From positions 66,774,001 to 66,838,000 of the forward strand of contig CM060731.1 of assembly GCA_030704615.1 (NCBI GenBank): a DNA stretch of 64,000 nucleotides, written 5' to 3'. The number at the start of each line of letters is the position of its first letter. The stretch's first letter is position 1. Made by a program: the position numbers and the translations under genes. The notes beneath the pieces were generated by a model. That model was not told the DNA's origin. It saw only the letters and a list, made by a program, of their open reading frames with translations, and ran no database searches. This DNA is from Takakia lepidozioides (taxonomy: Eukaryota; Plantae; Bryophyta). This document shows, piece by piece, positions 26,124 through 39,339 of this stretch.

Positions 26124-29100
26124 CTATTTGTACTCCTGGAAGTTCGTATGGCCTGTGGCTTTAGCATGATCTAGCGCCTCCTGCATCCACGGGCCCACAC
26201 AGGAGAATTCAGCACCTGTTGACACATCCTACCTTACACTAAAAACTGAGGTTCTTTCCAGATTGCTGCTGGAGCCGGAAACGCATGTGAATGGTTGCAC
26301 TGCCAGTCACACAGTCAAAAGAAAAAGGCCAACAACACAGAGAGCATGGACTCATAAGACGACATTTGCTGTAGCATAGTGGCCACAGACCCTGTGCCCA
26401 GTTTGGGTGGAACTGCTAGAGAAAAAGAGGGAGAGAGGAGACCTTTTGCCCGATCACCCCTTTCTGGCAGACACCACAGCGAAGTGTAAAACTGGCAGTA
26501 TCGGTGAACTTCCGGGCCCTACACAAGCACCACATGACACATCTGCTTATCAGTCACATCCAAACAGCTGCTACCTTCTGCAAACGGTATGACCATTCAG
26601 AACCACTGATACATTGATGGTCACATTATCTCTTGAGATTTTGGACACTCAGGGATTGACATGAGACTCAGAGACAACTGCCGACCAAACGCTCCACAAC
26701 ACAATTTCAAACTATGACTTCACAAGCCACTATGTATATTAAGTCAGTCATTCCCCTCTGACATCTACAGTCCAGGCCTCGATAGGACCTGGACTGGACG
26801 TGCGTGGTGGGAGATGATCTCAATACACTAGTTTAATAGGCCAAGTGGGGTTGGTATGGACCTGTGAGCATCTTGGACAAAATTTTCAGCCAGACCAGCA
26901 ATGCTGCCAATGCTACCTGACTTGTCCACATTGAAGATAGTTTGATCAACCTCCTCAGGCGCAGTGGCAAATGGTGTCACCTGTACCCTTCTCCCTGTCA
27001 TGTGCTTGTGCCTGTCTACCCCTTTGCGTGAGTGTGTCGGCATGCATGTGAACATGCATCTATGGCAAGGATGGATTGATCAATAGATGTCTCTCTTTCT
27101 CTCAGACTGTCAATACTCAGTTTGAAGTATGCTTAACATGCTCTAGATCATCCTGCTAAATTGAAGAAACAATAACAGATAGAGAGATCTGAACTCAGTA
27201 ACTTGGAGCTTCATAGTCACAGTTGGCAGCCCCTCCCCTGTGCCAGATTATAGGCTATCTGATCAAGCTCACAGCTGTTGAATATAGCCAGGTAGTACAA
27301 CAAGCAAGTGATGTCTACTCCACAAGAGAAAGACTGAAATTTACAGACTCTAAAGTGAGCCAATGTACCACAAGTGCGTCATAGTGTAAGCCATCATAGA
27401 CAAGCATCACACGCTCAGACCAGCCTTTACCCTGCACCACCAAATCACCAGGGTGACAACATTGAGTGCTCTCAAAGTGCTTTGCTTCCCAACAGTGAAG
27501 GCCATACTCTGGAGTTCTATGACCAAAAATGCCCAATCCCATATAAAATCATCAGGCCACTTCAGAATCCAACTGATAAACCACATTATATATCTAGGCC
27601 ATTGGTTGCTGCATCTTGTGTAACATCCTCCACATCACTTGAAAGCTTTCTTTCTATAAGAGAAGGAAACTGGGTCGGTGACTCAGTGACGGCCTTCTAC
27701 TACTGCCAAACAACTTTAATATCAAGAGATGAAACTGTAACTGCACACTGCTGCAACAAAACAGCAGTTAGAAAGGGAAAATGCTGAAAAATTTACCATT
27801 GGGTGCCTCACCTGACCATATAGATCACACCGCGTGGTCTGAATATCATAGGCTGCAATTTCACGAGCGTAATAATCACTCAAAATTGCCAGCTCTATTG
27901 CACCTGCGCCGAGACAAGAGTCTTTATGAAAACACTCTCTCTTGTCGACACTCTAACATATTCTGAATTCATAACAACAATAGTAAGATACTTCAGCAGT
28001 TTCAAGCATGAAACTCAACCAAAGTATTCACGGGGTAGGAGTTAAACACTGACCTCCCCATTTTTCAGGGTTGAGAATCCATTGCACATATTCTTCATTA
28101 GGTTTTCCCAGGAATGCCTCTGAATAAGTATCAGGGTCACTGGTCACAGTGGCTGCAATCACCTTTAATGCACAACCCCCACCAACAACGACATGACCAT
28201 CCCCAATCTTTGTGAACTATATGTAGACCGAAGATACTGAAGCCCAAAGAGAGATGAATCATAAGCAAGAAACAGATTTGTGCAGTGTCTTTCACCCTTC
28301 TTGCTACTAGCTCAGTCAACAACATGCATATCCATTTTTGTGGACATACAAGAGAAAGCGAGACGAAATGTGGAGGGAAATCAAAAGACAGTTCAGGCTC
28401 AGCATTACAGGTTCTTGGTCAGTTCTTTCCCATTGTTCTCTACCATATCTTGCCCTCAATATCCCCTAATCTGTCAGAAAAGCAAGACAAAACCAATGAG
28501 GAAGACACGGACCGATCTCAACTCAGGGGCTTTATTCTTGTTATGCTCCATCACATACCTGCCACCCCAAAAGACTTCCATCAGTTGGTCCCACCCTCCC
28601 TCTTATTAATAGCTCTTAAGTCTCTTTTAAGAAAATAAATATGATAATCTATTTTATTCACCTTTGGGCTACCCTTTCTTATGCCAATGTGACCTCTACA
28701 ATAGTGGAATTAGGCCTATGACGGTCTGCCATTAAGTAGATGGTCTGCAAAATCGGCCAGGACAAACTGCCGGCACTTTTAAACAGGCCTAGTTTACCCT
28801 AATTGTTCAATGCTAGCATGGCCACTGCCATCTTTGCACTTTATTAACTAGGGAGAATTAGCAGAGCGAAATGGCTACTGTCACTATCTTCTTTTCACAA
28901 GAAGAAAATTCTGGAGTGTCTTCTAGGCTGAGGTACCGCTGATGTTGCCGTCAGCTCAATGAGCCCCTTCCTACGGAGACACATCAGGTGATTTCGGCCA
29001 ACTGATATGTCATTGAACTCCCTTGCATGTATGTACTCAAGTGGTGTTTACGCTCTAATATGGACATGATACTTCTTGGTTCATTCTGGGAAGCTATAGC

Positions 29101-29907
29101 ATGCAAGAGGGCCTGCCACTCACCTTGCACACCCTCACTAACCAACATCTCACGCATGTGCTGTTTTTTGGGATGGGTGCAGATGAGGGCCACTCTCATT
29201 CTATGTTGAGGTTTACACCGGTTATGGAGTTGTTCTGAAGATAGCCAGCTGCTACTTATGAGAGGACTTGCAGGCTGCCCCTCTCCAGGGATCAACCTAT
29301 ACTTGAGGTTTTAGGTTATGACATAGTGCATAATCACTATGATCACTAGAAGGCAAGTATCTTGAGCCATATATGTGGCAGGTTTGCAGAGACTTGATAG
29401 AGGTGGTTTTCGAAAATGATTTACAATACATTGTTGGCTGACGTAACAGCAATGTGCTTATAACAAGATATATCTTTAACTACATCCCATCACGCGTTTT
29501 GCATACCTCTATGGCAAGTCGAAGGTAAAGGTAAATCTGCATGTCTGTCATGTTTGATCATACACATGCACATCACACCCACCCATCACCTCTATGGAGG
29601 TGAAGTCAACGTTGGGTCTAGATCACGAGGAACTGCGATGGCGCTTCCTTTCAAGGCTGTTGTTGTCTCTAAACGTATGATCTCGTCTAGTATAGACAGA
29701 TCCTTTCTTGTCAAGACAAAACAAGCCCTATCTCTCTCTCACAAGCGCACGCAAATTGTGACAGTCTATCAGCACTCCACTCCACACATTTTTTAAAGCT
29801 ACACACAGAGAACCATGACCAAAGGCAAGCACCTACCCGACAGCATTGAAAAGGCAGCTGTTGTCAGCGGGTATTACTCGTCTAACCAGCACTTCAGCAT
29901 CTTCCAT
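26124..29907 (-). CDS. OTU2: OTU-domain deubiquitinase, OTU2/YOD1 type. Exons 29907-29837, 28558-28513, 28162-28054, 27903-27812, 27431-27369, 26980-26862, 26518-26443, 26180-26124
   Basis: Translation [26 protein letters not shown]...[15 protein letters not shown]...YDGLHYDAL...[34 protein letters not shown]. Catalytic D-x-x-C and H and the C-terminal C2H2 finger are present. All junctions are GT-AG and in phase. Confidence 0.95.
26341..26415 (-). mobile_element. Short 3' fragment of the same LINE family in the last OTU2 intron
   Basis: gactcataagac...gtggccacagaccctgtgcccagtttgggtggaac matches the family terminus and abuts a GA-rich tract beside the splice donor. Confidence 0.75.
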
Positions 29908-31319
29908 TTCTGTCTGTGTGGATCACAGATACTCTGCAAAACACCACCACAGACTCCAACTCCTGTGCTAAGAACCCGAAAAGTAAGGTAGTGGAAAAGC
30001 CTCTATATTTCCAAAACGAGACCTATTATCCACTTATGTCCCAGGATACACGATTTTCCCGCATGCCTGAGTTACAGCATTGCATACTGAAGCCAAGAGC
30101 ATCTGATGAGTCTTTCACTAGGTAAATAACCAAAATACACATCCCCAAATAGTGCTTGATTTGCATCGAAAGTGCAGCAACTATGAAGCTGAAGAGGTAG
30201 CCCCCCCCCTGGCAGGCAATCTTCAACGTAGGATTTGTACGAAAGACTAAATAAGAGAAAACATTCCCATACACTTTTGAAGCACGGAAGGGGTTGATTT
30301 CAGAATGTAGACAACCACTTTTAGAGAACTTCACAAGTGACCACTAAGGACTGAATTCAGTGGAGACAAGAGTTAGGACACACGGGGGATTGAGCATTTT
30401 GAAGCGTGGGAAACTTGAATGCTGACTTTGTTCCTACTTCTGCTTTATATCTGCATCTATGGCAGATTTGTTACCCGTAATCCTTTCTATTCCAGACGTT
30501 TGTTGCCACATGCACCAGGGGACAAAACTGGTCAGATACGAGGAAGACGATAATGGGAATACCGCAAACCGACGCCCGATGTGTTTGTCCAGAGCCCACC
30601 CCACTCTCAGCAGCCGAGCAGCGACCAAAAGAGATTCACACCAGCAGCAACGCTATCGGGCACATCGAATTTTGCTGAACTTTGAAGATCAGATCCAACA
30701 CAGACTGCACTGATCTTTGCTCGTCTTGCTAGCTTGATGTTTGAAAGAAGATGGAGGAGGACTCGTCACTCCGAATCTGCAGAGACTCTGAGGGCCTTAA
30801 CAGCTCCGAATTCCTCGTCCTCGTTCAACACAAGGAAACTAAAAGTGAACTAATCTCGTGATCTTTGCTGTTTAGTTGGACTGTCGCAAAAACGTTTGAT
30901 GATGTTATGATAATCACTTTTGGAGTTCAAGTGTTTAGGGTTCTATTTACTCGCTGCCACTGAGGTGGGGGAGCAAGACAGCTCAAATTGTTGAGGATTG
31001 TTGGGGGTGGATCTGTCAAATGTATACATGCATCATTCTGTGAGAACAGCACTCACAAATTCTTTCTAAAATTCTCTGTCATTAGACTCTCAGCAGTCTG
31101 CATGTAGCAATCAGGGGACTTTCTTCCTTCCATACTCACAGACTGTGTGATTGCAAAGAGTGTTGATCCCTATCTTTGCCACTCTTCACTGATCCTTCAG
31201 CTTTTATTAGATATCTACTCTTTGCTTGTAATAGTTGCTGCTTGATTGCTTCACTTTCAATGCAAATCATGCAAATTTTCAGGGGATGTGTTTTTTGTTT
31301 AATTGACTGTGACCCTAGT

Positions 31320-31726
31320 GAAAGACTCATCAGATGCTCTTGGCTTTAGTATGCAAAATCTTGTATTCTGTGACATAAGTAGGATCATACATGTCGTTGT
31401 GGAATCATAGAGGCTTTTCCACTACCTTCGGGTTCTTAGCACAGGAGTTTGAGTCTGTGGAGGTATGTTGCAGAGTATCTGTGACCCACAAAGACACAAA
31501 TGGAAGATGCTGAAGTGCTGGTTAGACGAGTAATACCCGCTGACAACAGCTGCTTTTTCAATGCTGGTCGGGTAGGTTTCTTGCCCTTGGTCATGGTTCT
31601 CTCTGTGTAGCTTTAAAAAATGTGTGGAGTGGATTGCTGATAGACTGTCACAATTGCGTGCGCTCGTGGGAGAGAGAGACATAGGCCGTCTTGACCAGAA
31701 AGGATCTGTCTATACTAGACTAGATC
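31320..31726 (+). pseudogene. OTU2 duplicate, 5' part (coding exon 1 and flanking introns), inverted relative to OTU2
   Basis: Reverse complement of ~29679-30120. It contains atggaagatgctgaagtgctggttagacgag... with a 1-bp insertion (gctggtcgg) that shifts the frame. Confidence 0.9.
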
Positions 31727-32986
31727 TTTCCAGGCACTGTCTGGTTTATAGAAGGTTGGAAGCTCTCACAAATCTTTGACACAGTTGATGATCAAGTTCT
31801 GAGAAGCCTTCTCGAGGGAAGAGTTCGGCCCAAAAATTTGAATGTACTGTTTAAAGGTCTCAAAGCTAGTCTAAAGGCTTCTGCGCAGAATGGAAGTATC
31901 ACAAAGCATGTACCTTTTGCGCCACTTGCATGCAACATATTACTTCACCAGCTTGATGTTTTCCTCATGCGACTGAAGCGCATTGTTGACAGAGGACGAC
32001 GGAGGCCAATGTATCCGACAATCAAGGAGAATGCAAGAAAATCAGTTTTTCCCTGTACAACCCGGATGCGTATGGGCAAGGGGAGATCAGCTCGAACTGT
32101 CAGTCTAGGCATTCTCCCAGATACACATACTCGTCGACTGAACTATGTACGTTTTGCGGATGCTTTCCTTATTGGAGTAATTGGCCCACGAGCTTTGGCA
32201 GTGAAGATACGAGACTTGGTCACACGATTTGTGGAATTGCGGCTTAAGCTTAGGCTTGACTTAGATAATACTCCAATAACCTGATCCAAAGACTCAAGAA
32301 TTCCTTTCCTTGGATACCTTATTAATCGTGATGTAGAGAAAACATACAAGTTTTCCCGGCGACAGGGTGGAAAATGGATAACATATAGAATCCAGCAACC
32401 TGGTGGCCTTAGCTTATTAGCAGACATGCAGAAAGTGGTAAGGCGGTTGGCAGAGAAAGGGTTTTGTGACAAATCAGGTTTTCCAAAGCCAAACTTCAAG
32501 TACTATTCATATCCTCAAAGCAAATCAGTAGCTCTAGTGGCCAACATTATCTGAGGCATTGCCAGTTATTACCATCTGGCAAACTCCAAACGCAATTGTG
32601 TATTGCGCGTGAGCTATATCCTTCGCTCCTCATTGGCAAAAACTTATTCAGCCAAATTTAAATTGGGCTCTCAAGCTAAGGTATATGCCAGAGGCGGTAG
32701 AGACCTCTCAAGGCCGATAAAGGTGAAGGAGTCCAAGAAGGCTAAGAGGGCTAAACGTGGAGGAGCACCTTTGGAAAACAGGGATTTGGACCCAAAAAAC
32801 ACTTTGTCTACACAGCACAGAAGAGGAGGCAGAGTTCCAGCAATTCCCTACACGCGATACCGGCACATAGGACCACCCGACACCAAACCACTGAGCAAGG
32901 ACTGGCAGCCACGAAAGCGGAGACTGCCCCCCCTGCCATCCTCTACTTTTAGAAGCGTTCCCAAGTTCCCTGCACGAGTGGAGTAA
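31727..32986 (+). pseudogene. Group II intron maturase, 3' half (RT3-RT7 plus domain X), with two in-frame TGA stops
   Basis: One frame reads FPGTVWFIEG...QIFDTVD...PLACNILLHQLDVF...YVRFADAFLIGVIG...IPFLGYLI...VRRLAEKGFCD...NII*GIASYYHLAN...YILRSSLAKTYSAKFKLGSQAKVY. Stops at 32282 and 32552. Confidence 0.9.
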
Positions 32987-34784
32987 TACAGCTTTCTTCT
33001 GACTGTACAAGGGTCCAGATCTTGGTGAGAAAGGCGCTTACAGTATTGAAGAACTTGCTTGATTAGCAGGGTGGACTCTGAACAGATACAACGATGAGGA
33101 CTGGCGTGGGTGATGGTACTGTTGGTGGTATGGCCCCATTCTTCTTTTCTGTAGTTTTGTGTTCAATTCCCGAGTTGTAGCCAAGGTGGTTCCCAGCTTT
33201 CTTGGAATATCGACCTCACCCAAGTTCATGTTTGGTTGGTTTTCAATAGTCTCCTTGCTCCTGTTGTTGTGGTCTATTTGAAGTAACCTTGCAGCCTGGT
33301 AAGACTGTTGGTGATGGGGAATGGTCTGTAGGCTTCGAAGCTTCCAGTGCAAGGATCCTGGCCAGAATTGCCAGTTCCCTTCTGTAGAAGATCTCAGCTG
33401 TATTGTCTGGCCTGTTGTACCTTGCCTTCACCAGCAATGATGACCCTTACATTGGGACGTTCATTGGTGCACACTCATGTTACTGTGGGCTGAGAATTTC
33501 TTAAAGATGCATGCAGATGATTCTGTTTCTGGCTATTGCAGCATGTCTTTCTTGGAGCTTTACATGGCCTCTGGGCACTGAAGACTGTCTTGACGACACA
33601 AGCACCTTCTTCTATTGACCTGTAAGTAATGCTTTTTCCTCTCACATTCTATTTCCTTTGCACAATGCTCTCATCTGTTTGGTTTGTATTCATGGGATCA
33701 ATTCTCCTGTAGTACCAGCTGTAAGGGCAAAGGGATCAGCTGTGAACGTATGATTTCTCCCGGGCTACTGAGATCGGCAGGGAGTAAATTCCGTGTCTAA
33801 TGCAACTTGATTCTGGAAATCAGAATATGTTTGAGAGAGCTTGATACCTTCTGTATCACCGCTCAAGGGAAATCATAACATGGCTGATGAGGACAAACAA
33901 GCGTTCTTCGCATTTGAGGCAACAGCTCTACTGAATAAACTTTTCTCCATCTGAAGCCATATCTGATTGGGGATCGTACACCTTGTGATACAGACCCTTC
34001 CACTCAGCCATTACTGAGTTTCAATGCCAAGGAGGGTCTTACAAGCTGGCTTTGGGTTCATGACAAGTGGCGGGAGCAGATTGTTCATACCATTTGATGT
34101 GACAGCATTGCAGAAATGGAAGTTGATTGCCTGAAGTCATACATGATGGATCTATGCTTATTCTGTACTAGGTCGAAATATAACATGAAAATACAGTAAA
34201 ATGAAATGTCTATATTACCCTGGAGATCTGGCAATGTCTAGTTCTTGAAGTAGCCTGTCACTGACATGTCCCAGGATGGCCTATTTGAGGTTCCTGTGGG
34301 ATGTAACTTAGGAAGTACTTTGTAGGTCATAACCTATAGAAGATGCAACCCTATTAGTAGTGCCCTGGCATATGAGCCACAGCAAGTTGTGGTGAGCTGC
34401 CTTGGCAAGTTGATGCAGAGCTGTAATTGTGTTTTGGGGTAGTGGCATATAATGGAAAGAAACTTCTCCAACTATTTCAGATGAGAGCACTTGTTTCTAC
34501 ATTCTGGAGGTATGCCCAAGATTGGATTTGAACTTTCTGATTTATATGGATTTGCACTGACTCATGGCTAGTGGCAGTTTTTTTCCTGGTGATGCAACAT
34601 CACTGCTGGAAAATGGTCTCCACCTTCCATAGCTGGTTTTTGGTTTGTTGGTTGGTTTGTTTGGTGCAACACTGAAGTGCATGGAGTGAGGTTGGTAGCT
34701 TGTGCAATGGAAAATATGAGAACTTCATAGAATCCCAACCCTCACTGATAAATCTGCAACCCTGATTATCCGTCCTACTCAGTT

Positions 34785-37213
34785 ACAAGTACGCTTAACA
34801 TGCTCTGGATCATCCTGCTAAATTGAAGAAACAATAACAGATACAGAGATCTGGACTCAGTAACATATAGCAGCCCCTCTCCAGTGTCAGATTACAGGCT
34901 ATCTACTCAAGCTCACTGTAGCTGTTGAATTTAGCCACGTAGTACGACAAGCAAGTGATATTTACTTCACAAGGGAAAGACTGAAATTTACAGACTCTAA
35001 AGTGAGCCAATGTACCGCAATTGCGTCGTAGTGTAAGCCATCATAGACGAGCATCACACGCACAGGTAAGCCTTTACCCTGCACCACCAAATCACCAGGG
35101 TGACAACATTGAGTGCTCTCTAAGTGCCTTGCTTCCCAACAATGAAGGCCATACTCTGGAGTTCTATGACCAAAAAAGCCCAATCCCATACGAAATCATC
35201 AGGCCACTTCAGAATCCAACTGATAAATCACATTATATATCTAGGCCATTGGTTGCTGTATCTTGTGTAACATTCTCCACATCACTTGAAAACTTTCTTT
35301 CTATAAGAGAAGGAACCTGGGTCAGTGACTCAGTGACGGCCTTCTACTACTGCCAAACAACTTTAATATCAAGAGATGAAATTGTAACTGCACACTACTG
35401 CACCAAAACAGCAATTAGAAAGGGAAAATGCTGAAAATTTTACCATTGGGTGCCTTATCTGGCCATATAGATCACACCAAGTGGTCTGAATGTCATAGGC
35501 TGCAATTTTACGGGCGTAGTAATCACTCAAAAGATGTGTCTCTATGAAAATACTCTCTCTTGTCGACACTCTTCATGTAAGCTGACTTCATAAGAACAAT
35601 AGTAAGATACTTCAGCAGTTTCAAGCATGAAACTCAACCAAAGTATTCACGGGGTAGGAGTTAAACACTGACCTCCCCATTTTTCAGGGTTGAGAATCCA
35701 TTGCACATATTCTTCATTAGGTTTGCCCAGGAATGCCTCTGAATAAGTATCAGGGTCACTGGTCACAGTGGCTGCAATCACCTTTAACGAAATGAACATT
35801 CCTAATCTTTGAATGCCCTGCCAACTGTATGTAGACAGAAGATACTGAAGCCCAAAGAGAGATGCACCATAAGCAAGAGCCAGATTTGTGTAGTGTCTTT
35901 CACCCTTCTTGCTACTGGCTCAGTCAGGAGCATGGATATCCATGTATGTGGACATACAAGAGAAAGTGAGACAAAATACGGAGGAAAATGAAAAGACAAA
36001 AGCAAGACAAAAGCAATGAAGAAGACGGACTAATCTCAACTCGGGGGCCTTATTCTTGTTATGCTCCATCACATACCTGCCACCCCAAAAGACTTCCATC
36101 AGTTGGTTCCACCCTCCATCTTTTCAATAGCAGTTCATATATGTCTCCTTTAAGAAAATAAATATAATAATCCATTTTATCCACCTTTTGGCCTTTCTTA
36201 TGCAAATGTGACCTATGCAATAGTGGAATGAGGCCTATGACGGTCTGCCAGTAAGTAGATGGTCTGTGAAATCGGCCAGGACAAACTGCCGTCAATTTAA
36301 AACAGGCCTGGTTTACCCTAATTGTTCAATGCTAGCATGGCCACTGCCATCTTTGCACTTTATTAACTTGGGAGAAATAGCAGAGCGAAATGGCTACTGT
36401 CACTATTTTCTTTTCACAAGAAGAAAATCCTGAGGTACTGCTGATGTTGACTTCAGCTCAAAGAGCCACTAGTTGCATGTATGTACTCAAGTGGTGTTTA
36501 CCCTCTAATATGGATATGATACTTCTTGATTCATTCTGGAAAGCTATAGCATGCAAGAAGGGCCTGCCATTCACCTTGCATACACTCACTAACCAACATC
36601 TTATCATGTGCTGTTTTATGGGATGGGTGGAGATGAGGGCCACACTTCTTCTATGAACTCTCGAGGTTTACACCAAGTTGGTTATGGAGTTGTTCTGAAG
36701 ATATGAGCAAGGCTGCTTTGTAGCAGTGAGCAGCCAGCTGCTACTTATGGGAGGACTTCTTGGAAGAATCACAGTAACAGCAGGTTGCCCCTCTCCAGGG
36801 ATCTAACCTATACTTGAGGTTCTGGGTTATGACATAGTGCATAATCATTATGTATCACTAGGAGGCAAGTATGTGGAGCTCATTTTCCTGAACCCCAAGT
36901 TGTCTGAGCTCTGGACTCTATGATCAAGTATGTGGTAGGTTTGCAGAGACTTGATAGAGGTGGGTTTCGAAAATGATTGTTAGCTGACATAGCAGCAATG
37001 TGCCTGATAACAAGATTTATCTTTAACCACAACCTATCACATGTCTTGCAAACCTCTATGGCGAGTCTAAGGTGAAGGTAAACCTGCATGTATGTCATGT
37101 TTGATCATATACACGCACACCACACCCACCCAATCACCTCTATGGAGGTGGAGTCAATGTTGGGTCTGGATCACAATGAACTGCGATGGTGCCTTCCCTT
37201 GAAGGCTGTTGTT
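34785..37213 (-). pseudogene. OTU2 duplicate, exons 2-5 and introns; truncated and splice-defective
   Basis: Collinear with ~27115-29667. The exon 4 acceptor and 5' part are deleted (~35530) and its donor GT is changed to AT (~35458). No copies of exons 6-8 were found. Confidence 0.92.
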
Positions 37214-38679
37214 GTCCCGACGCACCTGCTTCAAGCAGATTAGTTGGGACTGTCCTCGTCTGAAACCATGTGAACATGGTAGAAAGTATGGCTCATACAC
37301 AGTCTCATAATGAGATATGAAAGACGAAAGGCTTACGGAAGACTCGGAAGGCATCTCTGCACCCATATGATACAGAAAGTACAGTAAGAACAGGTCATTA
37401 TTTCACCAGAGCAGGATTCCTAATTTACATGTGGGACCTGCCTATGTCAAGTGAAGTCGAGTTGTAAATTCTTGTTGTTCAGTGATAAACATTCAAGAGT
37501 AGCCAGAGCAAATGACTGTCACCTAGCAGCACCAACCCTAAATTCCTATGGCACTAGATCAAAGCTGCAAGACTTTGGAAAGAGGGCAAGCATTGGCAGT
37601 GGACTCCAACGATACTAGTGTAGCCACAACACAGATGTGACAGAGGGGTACCCTTGTAGACACTAGTACCGGAATAGGAAGAGAGCAGATGATCATGATG
37701 GTTTCCCATCCCTGAAACATCGATCCTTCCCACATACCTGACGTAACTATCCCCGGAGGCATCATCCTTCCAGATACCTTCGACAGTGCTGTCAGGGCAG
37801 CTTCCATCCAAGGTTCTCTTCGTGCTGGTCTCATGCTCTGGACAGACTGGCTCCCAGATACATGACATTAATACGCTGAAGTTACGATCCGGACAATTTA
37901 CGCCAAATCTATACCCATAATAAGGGCCATATTACAATGTAATCACGATGGGATAAGCTGAAGCAGCGGGTATCTATAAAGCTAACCTTCCTTGGTAGTC
38001 TTCATAAGAAAAATGCAGGTTTTATTATGCCCACAAGGGACCACAGTTAGATCGATACTTCCTCTTCCAGATCCAAGGTTAAGATAAACAATATAAAGTA
38101 GGTGCATTGCGAAAGGACATCAGATAAACAGGGTTTGTCAGCAAGCCTGTGAGGCCCTTATGCCGAACGAGACCTTGTTTGAATCATCATCGTCTTTCCG
38201 GAGACATAAGCTACCTTACAATTGCAGCAACGTTCTTGAATTGTATATCGAAAATACTGAAGATAAGTAACGTACGTACCAGTTTTGGTACTGCTTAAGT
38301 TATTTGCTCTCGAAGCGTAACCTCTCACTCCAGAGATTAACCCAAGCCCTTCCTCACCCCTAGGAGCCAACGTCGAGAATGACGACAAACTACTTGTCGG
38401 GGCCCCCAATGCACAGTTTTCCCGATCCCATTCCTATGAAAATCCTCTTCTACCAGATCCAGACAATGTCTTGAGAGAAAAGAGAGGAGGGACTGTACAG
38501 GTTGGAATAAATCCGCCGTCTGCCACCATGGCCGCTCTCCCATGGCGCCCCAGGAAGCTCAAATGAAGGGATCCACAAGACTGGCCAATGGTAGGAGAAG
38601 CTGCAGTGCAATGGACTACAAAGGGAGAAGGGGATAGGCGAAGGTGATGAAGACGACGGATTGAGGCCGCCATAGACAT
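37214..38679 (-). pseudogene. Group II intron maturase, 5' half: presequence-like N-terminus, degraded RT0-like segment and RT2a
   Basis: YETVYEPYFLPCSHGFRRGQSQLICLKQVRRD at ~37310-37214 is the RT2a motif. TKRTLDG at ~37810 is RT0-like. An Arg/Ser-rich MSMAASIRRLHHLRLS...VRGYAS starts at 38679 with one in-frame TAG (38436-38434). Linking the N-terminal ORF to the RT is an inference. Confidence 0.75.
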
Positions 38680-39339
38680 GCGTGTTGAGAGAGTGGGAGC
38701 ACATCGCCTTCGCAGTCAAAAACCCCGACTCATGAGCTGCAAAACCCCTGACCTAAACCCGTCGGGCCAACCGAATGTTCGAAATATGGTCGAATATTCC
38801 TCATGCGAACGGATGTCCTGAAATGAGGGTCAGGTTCCATGGATGGCTCCGGGTGGGATATCAATAGTAGTCAGTATGTAGTCGATTCTACCGCTTCTTA
38901 GGTCTCTTATACTACTTAAGGAGGTCAAACCTTTTCCCATTAAACATTCCAAGCATTACCTACAAAGGGGCGGATATCGCAGAGTACAACACTCCATAGA
39001 CATACTGTATTAGGTGAACACATAAATGTGTCCCCTCTATAATGCAAGGGGCCACAGTGAAAATCATTTGATTCCGGGACAGCTGAACATTCATGGTGGC
39101 TTTAAGGGAAACATCCAGAGTGCAAAGTTCAGAAATGAGTCTCAAGCAACTTTATGCAAATGGCAAAGGGAAAGCCCCATTACATGGGCTCCTTATTCCA
39201 AGGCTGGCTACGAGGAAGAAATAGTGTCGACATTATCCAATGGCACAATGATACACAGACTAAGCTTCCTATGCAATACATGTGCACAAGCTGGGAACCC
39301 CATAAAAAGGGGAGAGGGTTTCCGTTCAAAGCATTTGGC

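Noticed and set aside
31727-32986. Intact mobile group II intron or retron-like system
   Set aside because: In-frame stops, FADA instead of YADD, split by an inversion, and no recognisable intron RNA domains.
34962-36295. Second functional OTU2 gene
   Set aside because: Exon 1 is inverted and frameshifted, exon 4 splice sites are destroyed, and exons 6-8 are absent.
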